Shown here: positions 1 through 9,005 of the stretch, piece by piece
Numbering within the stretch: position 1 is the stretch's first letter
Layout of the letters: each line of letters opens with the position of its first letter
Source: an uncultured Candidatus Actinomarina sp.
GTDB lineage: Bacteria > Actinomycetota > Acidimicrobiia > Actinomarinales > Actinomarinaceae
DNA length: 64,000 nt
Reading direction: 5' to 3'
Assembly (NCBI GenBank): GCA_902615855.1
Contig: CACMQN010000005.1
Coordinates: 8,596 to 72,595 of the forward strand
Notes under the pieces: model-generated
Databases searched by the model: none
Told to the model about the DNA's origin: nothing
Seen by the model: only the letters and a program-made list of their open reading frames with translations
Program-made: the position numbers and the translations under genes

Positions 1-280
1 TGCTCCATAGGTCTACAGCTATAATTCGCAATCCATTAATTGCATGGCCAAGAACAGCAGCCATAAGACCAATTTCTGCGACTCTAAAGTAAAAGTTTTT
101 ATAAATTGCTTCAGCTCCCTCATAAATCTCAGGACCAAGAAGGATCAACGCTGTTGAAATGATATGTAGTAGAAGATATCCAAACAAACCAACACCGGTT
201 ACTCTATGAAATATATAGAGCCACATTCCAGTTTTTCCTTTATATACTGAACCGGTAGAAACAATTCGTTGATATGCCAT
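1..280 (-). CDS. sdhC: Succinate dehydrogenase cytochrome b556 subunit (3' end runs off the window; not in ORF track)
   Basis: Manual translation from ATG at 280: MAYQRIVSTGSVYKGKTGMWLYIFHRVTGVGLFGYLLLHIISTALILLGPEIYEGAEAIYKNFYFRVAEIGLMAAVLGHAINGLRIIAVDLWS. Contains the SdhC motifs HRxTG and HAxNGLRI; AGGA RBS upstream. Confidence 0.93.
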   Translation of the reverse strand, partial: MAYQRIVSTGSVYKGKTGMWLYIFHRVTGVGLFGYLLLHIISTALILLGPEIYEGAEAIYKNFYFRVAEIGLMAAVLGHAINGLRIIAVDLWS

Positions 281-336
281 TAATTAATTATCCTATAAAA
301 GGTATATTACTGTTAATTAATAAAGAGATTCAGCCC

Positions 337-365
337 TTGACATACGGATTTAACAATAATAAATT
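337..365 (+). promoter_or_regulatory. Sigma70/SigA-type promoter of whiB
   Basis: TTGACA (337-342), 17 nt, TAAATT (360-365); AAGGGG RBS before the GTG at 407. Confidence 0.7.
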
Positions 366-406
366 ACACATATGTAATTTAGTTTTTCTTTAGTAAAAGG
401 GGTAAT

Positions 407-688
407 GTGGAAAATTCAATAATCGATGAACTCATAGGTGGAATGCCACCTTGGACAGAAGAAGCAAATTGTAAAGGAGCAGATGCAGATATTTTCTTTC
501 CCGAAAGAGGTGCCTCAACGAGAAAAGCTAAATCTATATGCAGAGCTTGTAGTGTACAGGAAGATTGCTTGGAATTTGCAATAGAAAATTCAGAAAAATT
601 TGGAATTTGGGGTGGATTATCTGAACGTGAAAGAAGAAGAATCAAACGTCAAAGGATACACGATACAGAAATCAGAGATGTTGGTTAG
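407..688 (+). CDS. whiB: WhiB-family Fe-S transcription factor (WhiB/WhiB2-like)
   Basis: Four Cys (C..CxxC-x5-C), FFPERG and FGIWGGLSERERR motifs; family essentially restricted to actinobacteria and their phages. Confidence 0.95.
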   Translation: MENSIIDELIGGMPPWTEEANCKGADADIFFPERGASTRKAKSICRACSVQEDCLEFAIENSEKFGIWGGLSERERRRIKRQRIHDTEIRDVG

Positions 689-1143
689 GAAATACTAAAT
701 TTTTCCCTGTAATCTTCAAAGTCTCTTTCAACACCAATCTGATCACTGTTTATAATTTCCGTAATTACATTATTTTCGTCAGTTATGTACGTGTACCTTA
801 ATGAAATACCGGCCACATCATCAAAACACCCAAATTGTTTTGATACTTCACCGTGAGGCCAAAAATCAGCAAGGATTGGAAAATCTACACCATGATGATT
901 TGCCCAAGCCTCATTTGTTGGCCTAGCTGAGACAGTAATCATAACTGTGTCAGTTTCTGCAGATTTAAATGAATCTATATTATCACGTAACTCGCATATT
1001 TCTTTATCACAAACTGAACTGAATGGAAATGGCATGAAAACGAACATAGTTTTGCTCCCAAGAAAGTCTTCTGATTTCAAAGTTTCTTTATCATGATTTA
1101 CTAATAAGAAATCTGGTATTTTGTCACCGATTTTTAAGCTCAT
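685..1143 (-). CDS. Peroxiredoxin, AhpC/TSA family (AhpE-like)
   Basis: PFPFSSVCDKE peroxidatic-Cys motif; LADFWPHGEVSKQFG typical of AhpE-like Prx; GGGAG RBS. Confidence 0.88.
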   Translation of the reverse strand: MSLKIGDKIPDFLLVNHDKETLKSEDFLGSKTMFVFMPFPFSSVCDKEICELRDNIDSFKSAETDTVMITVSARPTNEAWANHHGVDFPILADFWPHGEVSKQFGCFDDVAGISLRYTYITDENNVITEIINSDQIGVERDFEDYREKFSIS

Positions 1144-1180
1144 ATTTTTTCTCCCTTTGTATTAACTCTAACATTAATGA

Positions 1181-2230
1181 CTAAATAGGAGGTAAAGATG
1201 TTCTGGCTGCCCATGAAATAGGATCATACAATTCATCTAAAGTTGGAATTAAATCTGTAGAACTTAGAATATCATCTAAGGAAAGAATGTTTTGGGATTC
1301 ATTAATATAATCTAAAAATTTATCAGAATAACTCTCTAATTCAGAAATTTTGATTTCAATATCTCTCGTTGGGGATTCATTATCTGAAAATGTTAAATCC
1401 ATGATTAAATCAAACAAACTATTGTCTTGAAGCATATTCAATGCTTTAGATTTTTCTTTAATGACAGATCTATAAAAACTTAGAGGAGCCGCAAGATCAC
1501 CAAAAATTTGATTAGGATCTAATCCTTCTACTCCAGAAATATTTGAAAAAATTTCTTGTGGGCTATTTATCATTTCAGGGTTCATATCTAGATCGAGTTC
1601 TTTTAAAGAATTAATCATTTCTTCTGAGCTTTTTGTGATCGTATTCATAACATTTTCAAACGGCTGGGTATACTTCCCTAGACATAAGGTAATAAATTCA
1701 AGAGTGATGAAAGCTAGACACAAATCATTTTTATCGCCCTCAAATTTGTTTATCTTAGAATTAAAGTTTTTGAGATTTATTCCTAAGATTTTTGATTGTG
1801 GAAGGATAAGTCCAAATTGACTTAATCCCCATGAGAACTTACCAAGCAAACCGGCTAAATTTCCAAATTGCATACCAAGCAAAGATGATTTCATGTTGCT
1901 GCCACCAAGCCCAGCAAACATTGACATTTCTGGAGATTCTACATTTTCAAAATTGAAATGTTTTATAGATTCAATAAACCAGAGACCATAATCTTTTGAG
2001 TTAAGAAATTTAATGTCACCTGGTGAAAGTTGATCAATCTCTTTTTCTGCATTTAGTTGAATGACTCTAAAAATTTGCTCAAAATTAGTTGTTTCATTTG
2101 AAAGCTCTAAAGGCAATACTTCTTCATCTTTTGTTATGTGATTATTGATTTGTTTCGCAAGTTCCCAATTTACACCAGATTCTTCATTATTAAACAGATT
2201 GAAAAATTGTGAGAAAATATCCTCAGACAT
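1181..2230 (-). CDS. DUF2342 / zinc-dependent metalloprotease-like protein, apparently lacking HEXXH
   Basis: N-terminal GVNWELAKQI and C-terminal LIPTLDELYDPISW resemble this actinobacterial family; LEFIT sits where HExxH is expected. Confidence 0.65.
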   Translation of the reverse strand: MSEDIFSQFFNLFNNEESGVNWELAKQINNHITKDEEVLPLELSNETTNFEQIFRVIQLNAEKEIDQLSPGDIKFLNSKDYGLWFIESIKHFNFENVESPEMSMFAGLGGSNMKSSLLGMQFGNLAGLLGKFSWGLSQFGLILPQSKILGINLKNFNSKINKFEGDKNDLCLAFITLEFITLCLGKYTQPFENVMNTITKSSEEMINSLKELDLDMNPEMINSPQEIFSNISGVEGLDPNQIFGDLAAPLSFYRSVIKEKSKALNMLQDNSLFDLIMDLTFSDNESPTRDIEIKISELESYSDKFLDYINESQNILSLDDILSSTDLIPTLDELYDPISWAARTSLPPI

Positions 2231-3435
2231 TATATATCAGAGGGCCTTAAATCAAGATTAAAAATCAGCTCAATAATGTTCTCATTTCTTTCAATTTCAA
2301 TTGTAATTTCATCACCAGCACGCATACTTCTCAAAATTGTTATTAGTTGATCTAAAGTAGTGACATTAATATCATTAACTTTTTTAATGATATCACCTGG
2401 TAAAGCTCCAGCTTTTCCTATGGCATAAATATCATCAGCTGGTCCGTATAGTTCTTGAATTAATACTCCAGAGAATATTCGTGCACCATCATCAGCTACC
2501 TCAAAATACTGTGCTCCTAAGATTCCTAAAAATGCATGTAAAACTTTCCCATCATCCAAAATATCTTTAACAATGCTCATTGCTAAATTAATCGGTACCG
2601 CAAATCCTAAACCTTCTGCTCCAACATCAGCCGTTGCTATGGCTGTAGTAATGCCTATTAATTCTCCATTTTGATTTAATAAAGCACCGCCGCTGGAACC
2701 TCTTGTAATTGGAGCATCTGTTTGAATTAATCCAAATAAAGTTACGCCTGTATTCATTGCGTCACTACCAACATCTAATCTTCTATCTAATGCAGAAATG
2801 ATACCTGTTGTTACTGTAGGGGCCGCACCTAAAGTTAATGGATGTCCAATTGCCACAGCAAGATCACCGACAAGAATGTCTGAACTGTTTCCAAAAGAAA
2901 TTGGTGTGAGACTTTCTATATTAATTTTTATTACACCTATATCTGTCAACCTGTCAGATCCAATTATTTCTGATTCATACATTCTTCCATCTTCAAAAAT
3001 TACTCTTACATCTGTTGCATCTTCAATTACATGATGGTTCGTAATAATAAGACCATTTTTTTCAATAACAACACCCGATCCACCACCGACAGAAATAAAA
3101 TCTCCATTCTCGTCTTTTTCACCTACTTGCACTTGAACTATTGTCTTTGTTGCAATCTCTGCAATTGATACAACTTCTGTTGAGTCTATGCGTGGTAAAA
3201 CAATTTCCTTTTCTTTAACTGTCTCAGTGATTGTTATAGGATCAGGTAGGACAACTTCATTTTCATCAAATACTCCAAAGAAAAACAAAAATGATAAAAC
3301 AATAATACTCGTCAATAAAGAAGATATAAAAACTATGTTAAATGAGGATTTCTTTTTTGTTTTTTCCTCAACAAGATCAGAAATAAATTTTTCAGTCTTA
3401 AATAGCTCCTGTTGTTCAAAGTTATCCATATTCAT
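2230..3435 (-). CDS. htrA: HtrA/DegP-like membrane serine protease with PDZ domain
   Basis: N-terminal TM; catalytic triad motifs ITNHHV, TDIGVI, IQTDAPITRGSSGG; C-terminal PDZ. ORF is open to 3468; start 3435 preferred because TAATAT lies 7 nt upstream. Confidence 0.9.
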   Translation of the reverse strand: MNMDNFEQQELFKTEKFISDLVEEKTKKKSSFNIVFISSLLTSIIVLSFLFFFGVFDENEVVLPDPITITETVKEKEIVLPRIDSTEVVSIAEIATKTIVQVQVGEKDENGDFISVGGGSGVVIEKNGLIITNHHVIEDATDVRVIFEDGRMYESEIIGSDRLTDIGVIKINIESLTPISFGNSSDILVGDLAVAIGHPLTLGAAPTVTTGIISALDRRLDVGSDAMNTGVTLFGLIQTDAPITRGSSGGALLNQNGELIGITTAIATADVGAEGLGFAVPINLAMSIVKDILDDGKVLHAFLGILGAQYFEVADDGARIFSGVLIQELYGPADDIYAIGKAGALPGDIIKKVNDINVTTLDQLITILRSMRAGDEITIEIERNENIIELIFNLDLRPSDI

Positions 3436-3534
3436 ACAATACATATTAAATACTTCGTGTTTGTACATGAATTTAAAAGGATGAACCTAAAGAATTTAGA
3501 AAATTCGATCTAATAAGTTAAAGTTATAAGGTAA

Positions 3535-4323
3535 ATGTTATCGGTCAAAAACCTTGAAGTAGTTTATCAGGATGTGATTTTGGTCCTGAGAGGAATTTCG
3601 TTCGAGTTAAACACAGGAGATATTGTATCCCTGCTTGGGAGTAATGGTTCTGGAAAAACAACCGCTTTAAGAGCAATTACAGGCTTGCTAGATGTTCAAA
3701 ATGGAGATATAACCAAAGGTAGTATTCATCTTGATGATAACGATATAACAAATGCGAAACCATCAGATATTGTAAATTTAGGTATAGCCCAAGTTTTGGA
3801 AGGAAGAAGAATTTTTTCTGAACTAAGTGTTATTGAGAATTTAAAGATTGGAGGTTTTACTTCAAGCTCAAATACAAACAAGAACACCGAAAGAGTATTT
3901 GAACTATTTCCAATACTTAAAGAAAGATCAAAAAAAATAGCAGGGTATCTCTCTGGTGGAGAGCAACAAATGCTAGCAATTGGTCGAGCCTTGATGTCTA
4001 ATCCTAAATATTTGTTACTTGATGAGCCAAGTTTAGGTCTTGCTCCGAAGCTTGTAGATCAGATTGCAGATTTGATTTTAGAAATTAATTCACAAGGAGT
4101 TTCAGTATTGCTTGTCGAACAAAATGCAAACATGGCATTAAAAATATCAAACCATGGTTATATTATGGAAACTGGAAATATTGTGATGGACAACGATTCA
4201 AACAAACTCTTAGAGGATCAAGACGTTAAAGAATTTTACTTGGGTATAAACCCAGAGGGTAATGATAGGAAATCATTTAGAGATGTTAAGCACTATAAAA
4301 GAAAAAAAAGGTGGCTTTCATGA
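3535..4323 (+). CDS. livF: HAAT/Liv-type ABC transporter ATP-binding subunit (LivF-like)
   Basis: Walker A GSNGSGKTT, signature LSGGEQQ, LLLDEPSLGLAP. Confidence 0.9.
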   Translation: MLSVKNLEVVYQDVILVLRGISFELNTGDIVSLLGSNGSGKTTALRAITGLLDVQNGDITKGSIHLDDNDITNAKPSDIVNLGIAQVLEGRRIFSELSVIENLKIGGFTSSSNTNKNTERVFELFPILKERSKKIAGYLSGGEQQMLAIGRALMSNPKYLLLDEPSLGLAPKLVDQIADLILEINSQGVSVLLVEQNANMALKISNHGYIMETGNIVMDNDSNKLLEDQDVKEFYLGINPEGNDRKSFRDVKHYKRKKRWLS

Positions 4324-5093
4324 GTTCTGCTATAAAGTTTGATAACGTAAGTTTAAATTTTGGAGGTGTTCAAGCTTTATCAAATGTATCTTTTGAAATA
4401 CCTAAAAATTCACTCTTCGCAATTATTGGACCTAATGGTGCTGGAAAAACATCTATTTTTAATTGTATTGGAGGAATCTATAAACCTACTTCTGGCGAGA
4501 TAAAAGTACTGGATAAAAATATAAGCAACCTTAAACCAGATAATATTGCTAGCTTAGGCATTGCACGTACTTTTCAAAATATTGAACTTTTTGAAAATAT
4601 GACTGCATTGGAAAATATCCTTATTGGTGCTCATAGACATATTAATTATGGAACTATAGCTGGCTTTCTTTATACAAAGCAAGCCAGGTCAGAGGAAGAA
4701 AAAGCAAGAAAGATTGCAGAGGATATAATCGATTTTTTGGAAATTGAAGAATATAGATTTTCATATATTTTGTCGTTACCTTATGGAATACAAAAACGGA
4801 TTGAGTTAGCAAGAGCACTAGCAATGAAACCAAAAGTTATATTACTCGATGAACCTGCCGCAGGAATGAATAATGAAGAGACAGAAGATATCGCTAGATT
4901 TATACTTGATATACATGAAGAATTAGGAATAACAGTTGTACTAGTTGATCATGATATGAATATGGTTATGGATATAGCTAGTGAAGTAGTTGTTATGGAT
5001 TTTGGTAAAAAGTTGTTTTCTGGCCTTCCTCAAGAAGCAGTCAAAAATTCAGATGTCATTGAAGCATACTTAGGAGTTGAAGAAGACAGATGA
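4320..5093 (+). CDS. livG: HAAT/Liv-type ABC transporter ATP-binding subunit (LivG-like)
   Basis: GPNGAGKTS, IARTFQN, LPYGIQKRIELARAL, LLDEPAAG; start 4320 gives an ATGA overlap with the upstream stop. Confidence 0.9.
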   Translation: MSSAIKFDNVSLNFGGVQALSNVSFEIPKNSLFAIIGPNGAGKTSIFNCIGGIYKPTSGEIKVLDKNISNLKPDNIASLGIARTFQNIELFENMTALENILIGAHRHINYGTIAGFLYTKQARSEEEKARKIAEDIIDFLEIEEYRFSYILSLPYGIQKRIELARALAMKPKVILLDEPAAGMNNEETEDIARFILDIHEELGITVVLVDHDMNMVMDIASEVVVMDFGKKLFSGLPQEAVKNSDVIEAYLGVEEDR

Positions 5094-6931
5094 TTACGAT
5101 TAAAGAAATTTTTGAAGATATAGAAAAGAATGGCGGTTTTACTCCATCAAGACGAGTTCGTGATATTGCAACAATGTATCCAGACAAAGTTGCTTTTAGG
5201 GATAAAAGATTTGGTATATGGAATGAAAGCACTTATGAAACTTTTTGGAACGAAGCACAATATGTTGGTAATGCATTAAACCATTTTGGTGTAAACAAGA
5301 ACGATAAGGTTGCCGTTCACTCAGAAAATAGACCAGAGTGGTTAATAGCCGATGTTGGAATACAATCTAGAGGTGCTGTTACAGTTGGTCTTTACCCCAC
5401 AAACCCTGCACAGGAAGTAAAGTACTTGCTTGGCCATTCTGAATCAAAGATTTTATTTGCGGAAGATCAGGAACAAGTTGATAAAGCACTGGAGGTTATT
5501 GATGATCTTCCTGGATTGATAAAAATTGTTTATTTTGAGGACAGAGGACTTACAAGATATCCAAAAGACAAACTTATGTCATGGGATGAGTTTTTATCAC
5601 TAGGTAGAGAGGAATATTTGAAAAATAAAGATTTTATTAATGATTGTGTTGATGAGATAAAAAGTGAAGATGTAGCAATGTTAATTTATACTTCCGGTAC
5701 AACTGGACCACCTAAGGGTTCTATGTTGACACATGGAAATTTAGAGTGGACTTCTACTATGATCCCAAATTTATCATTTACCCCAAGACTTGATAGCCCA
5801 GAATTTTTGTCTTATTTACCCCTATGCCATGTTTTTGGTAGATTGGTTGATTTACTTATTGGCACAACAACAATTGGTACTATAAATTTTGCAGAATCAA
5901 TTGATACCGTTCAAAAAGATCTTGCTGAAATTCAACCATCTATATTTCCAGCAGTTCCAAGAATTTTGGAAAGAATGCATGCTGGAACATTAGTAAGAAT
6001 GAAAGATGCTTCAAGATTAAAAAGGTTATTGTTCAAATTGGCTTGTTTCTTTGGTGATATAACCGCTGAGAGAAGATTAAAAAATGGAAAATCTGACTTA
6101 TTAGCACATATTACAAACCTAATTGCACAAGCTTTGGCATTTAGGTCTCTAAGAAAGAAACTTGGATTAAAAAACATAAATAATGCAGTTTCTGGGGCAG
6201 CCCCTATATCAGCGGAAATTTTGAGATTTTTTATGTCAATGGGTGTTCCAATATATGAAGGATATGGAATGACAGAAAACTCGGCAATTGCAACTGGTAA
6301 TACACCTGAAAAAGTCAAGTTAGGAACTGTTGGTATTGCCCAACCTGGAGTAGATCTAAAACTTGCTGATGATGGCGAAATTTTGGTTAGGCATCCAGGA
6401 GTATTCAAAGGATACTTTAAAAATGAAGAGGCCACTAAAGAAGTTATTGATAAAGATGGATGGTTATACACCGGAGATGTAGGTGAATTTGATGGGGAAT
6501 TTCTAAAGATAGTTGATAGAAAAAAAGACATAATTATTACAAGTGGTGGTAAAAATGTTTCTCCTTCAGAAATTGAAAACAATATTAAAACATCTCCTTA
6601 TATTAAAGAGGCAATAGTAATTGGTGATGACAGAAAATTTTTGTCCGCATTAATTGGAATCGAGTTTGAGATCGTTTCAAACTGGGCCATCAGAAAAAAT
6701 ATACCTCACACAACTTATAGGAATTTATCTGAAAATCAAGAAGTTAAAGATTTGATATGGGAAGAGATTTTAAAAGCAAATAAACTTACATCTTCTCTTG
6801 AAATCAGAAAATTTAGAATGATTACTAAAGAACTTGATCATGAAGACGGCGATCTTACAGCCACGCAAAAAGCAAAGAGAAACGTAATTATGGAAAAATT
6901 TTCCGAATTAATTGATGAGATGTATTCATGA
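5090..6931 (+). CDS. fadD: Long-chain acyl-CoA synthetase (AMP-binding) embedded in the ABC operon
   Basis: IYTSGTTGPPKG, YLPLCH, EGYGMTE, GWLYTGDVG and DRKKDIIITSGGKNVSP motifs. Confidence 0.9.
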   Translation: MITIKEIFEDIEKNGGFTPSRRVRDIATMYPDKVAFRDKRFGIWNESTYETFWNEAQYVGNALNHFGVNKNDKVAVHSENRPEWLIADVGIQSRGAVTVGLYPTNPAQEVKYLLGHSESKILFAEDQEQVDKALEVIDDLPGLIKIVYFEDRGLTRYPKDKLMSWDEFLSLGREEYLKNKDFINDCVDEIKSEDVAMLIYTSGTTGPPKGSMLTHGNLEWTSTMIPNLSFTPRLDSPEFLSYLPLCHVFGRLVDLLIGTTTIGTINFAESIDTVQKDLAEIQPSIFPAVPRILERMHAGTLVRMKDASRLKRLLFKLACFFGDITAERRLKNGKSDLLAHITNLIAQALAFRSLRKKLGLKNINNAVSGAAPISAEILRFFMSMGVPIYEGYGMTENSAIATGNTPEKVKLGTVGIAQPGVDLKLADDGEILVRHPGVFKGYFKNEEATKEVIDKDGWLYTGDVGEFDGEFLKIVDRKKDIIITSGGKNVSPSEIENNIKTSPYIKEAIVIGDDRKFLSALIGIEFEIVSNWAIRKNIPHTTYRNLSENQEVKDLIWEEILKANKLTSSLEIRKFRMITKELDHEDGDLTATQKAKRNVIMEKFSELIDEMYS

Positions 6932-7848
6932 CACTATTTTTACAATCAACAATTGAGGGATTATCTCTTGGAGCAGTTTATTCCCTAGTGGCTATTGGAT
7001 TAGTAATCATATATAAAGCAACAGACGTTCTAAGTTTTGCCCATCCTGCAATTGCTGTAGTTGGAGCTGGCCTAATAAGTTATCTTGCTGTTGAAAGAGG
7101 AGTTTCATTTTGGATAGCATTTCCGGTTGCTCTTCTTTTAATTGGATTTTTAGGACTAATTCTTGAGAGGACCTTTTTAAGGCCTATGGTAGGTAAGCCA
7201 GTTTTCTCAGTTGCTATTTTAACAATTGGAATAGATATTTTACTAAGGGTTCCACTAAATAATTGGATTGGAATAAATCCTAAATTCATGGGTGATCCAT
7301 TTTCTACATATGGTAATTTTGGTTCATTTACAATTAATGAAATCACAATTAAATATCTTGAATTGGGAGCTCTAGTCACAGCGGTTATTTCAATAACTTT
7401 TCTATCTATATTTTTTAAGAGGTCTAGATATGGTCTTGCCATGCTTGCAACATCTTTTGATCAAGAAGCATCTTTAGCACAGGGTATAAATGTCGGAAGA
7501 ATATTTGGAATGGTTTGGTTTATAGGGGCAATTTTAGGAGCATTATCAGGATTTTTCTTCACAGGAGGATTTAATACACTAACTCAAGCAAGTTTTGTTA
7601 CAGCACTGAGAGCTCTTCCGGCTGTTGTTATAGGAGGTCTTGATTCTTTTGCTGGAGCAGTTGTTGGCTCTTTAATCATTGGTTTAACGCAAGGATATAT
7701 AGCATACTATCAAATCCCTCTCGAGAGTTTTTTAGGTATTGAGTTTGGAAGTGGATTTAGCTTACTTGCTCCATACTTGATAATGTTTGTTGTTTTAATA
7801 ATTAGGCCCGATGGATTATTTGGAAAAGAAGAAGTTGAAAGAGTATGA
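6928..7848 (+). CDS. livH: HAAT/Liv-type ABC permease (LivH-like)
   Basis: GAVYSLVAIGLVIIYKATDVLSFAH, multi-TM, VVIGGLDSFAGAVVG. Confidence 0.88.
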   Translation: MTLFLQSTIEGLSLGAVYSLVAIGLVIIYKATDVLSFAHPAIAVVGAGLISYLAVERGVSFWIAFPVALLLIGFLGLILERTFLRPMVGKPVFSVAILTIGIDILLRVPLNNWIGINPKFMGDPFSTYGNFGSFTINEITIKYLELGALVTAVISITFLSIFFKRSRYGLAMLATSFDQEASLAQGINVGRIFGMVWFIGAILGALSGFFFTGGFNTLTQASFVTALRALPAVVIGGLDSFAGAVVGSLIIGLTQGYIAYYQIPLESFLGIEFGSGFSLLAPYLIMFVVLIIRPDGLFGKEEVERV

Positions 7849-8948
7849 GAGGTAGACCAGATCTTTATATACGATATAAAGATGAAAATGCTATTTTTAA
7901 AAATAATTTTCAAAAAATTTCATTTTTATTTTTTATAATTGGTATTTTTTACGTCGGAATAATCGTTGATGATTATTGGATTTTACTTTTATCATCAGCA
8001 ATATTTATAAGCATTGCTACATGGGGAATTAATATTGTATCCGGCTATGCAGGTCAAATTAGTCTTGCTCATGGTTTCTTTGTTGGAGTTGGCACCTACA
8101 CAGCAGCGATTATCGGCGGTGTAGCAACTGATAGAGTAATTGGGTTAGGGCTTGACATGGCAGTTTGGCTTCCTTTAGCTGGTTTAGTATCTGCATTATT
8201 TGGAATTGCAATTTCTCCATTGGCAGTGAGACTAAAAGGGTTGAATCTAGCACTTGTAACAATTGGCATTGTTTATATTGGTGCATATTTATTTTCCAAA
8301 TTTAAAAGCATTACAGGTGGGTCTGGAATAGGAAGAAAAACGGCTGAGCTTATTTTGTTTGGTATTAATTTTGAGGATGGATTGTATATTGGCGATTATT
8401 ATCTTAGTAGATTTAAGTTAGTGTATTTTCTTGGATTAATTATCACAATATTTATGGGACTTGGGATGAAAAATATTGCAAGGTCAAAAATTGGCAGAGC
8501 TTACGCATCAATTAGAGATAGAGATATTGCTGCAGAAGCAATAGGTATTAATTTATCTAGATATAAGACATCTGCCTTTGCTCTTTCAAGTTTTTATGCT
8601 GGCATAGCAGGAGCCCTTTTATTTGCTTCCAATGGAGGTGTTGATGTTGAAACTTTTGGCCTCTACTATTCAATCACTTTTGTTGCAATTTTAATAATCG
8701 GAGGTGTTGGTACTGTGTTGGGTCCATTATTTGGTGCTTTATTTTTCGCAGTTTTGCCTGGCCTAATTCAGTTAGCAGTCGATAACAGTGAGTTTGTAAG
8801 GTCATCGATTCCTTTATCTGTTGCTGAAATTGAAAGAATGATATTTGGTCTATTAATAATTGGTTTTTTAGTATTTGAACCAAGAGGTATATGGGGAATT
8901 TGGTTTAGGTTACGAAATTATTTTAAAGCTTGGCCTTTTTCCTACTAA
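7845..8948 (+). CDS. livM: HAAT/Liv-type ABC permease (LivM-like)
   Basis: GYAGQISLAHGFF, GRAYASIRDRDIAAEAIGIN, EPRG motifs. Confidence 0.88.
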   Translation: MRGRPDLYIRYKDENAIFKNNFQKISFLFFIIGIFYVGIIVDDYWILLLSSAIFISIATWGINIVSGYAGQISLAHGFFVGVGTYTAAIIGGVATDRVIGLGLDMAVWLPLAGLVSALFGIAISPLAVRLKGLNLALVTIGIVYIGAYLFSKFKSITGGSGIGRKTAELILFGINFEDGLYIGDYYLSRFKLVYFLGLIITIFMGLGMKNIARSKIGRAYASIRDRDIAAEAIGINLSRYKTSAFALSSFYAGIAGALLFASNGGVDVETFGLYYSITFVAILIIGGVGTVLGPLFGALFFAVLPGLIQLAVDNSEFVRSSIPLSVAEIERMIFGLLIIGFLVFEPRGIWGIWFRLRNYFKAWPFSY

Positions 8949-9005
8949 CTCAATAAATATTCGCTATCCTTAGATTATTAGTACTAATAAATATAGGGGG
9001 AAATT

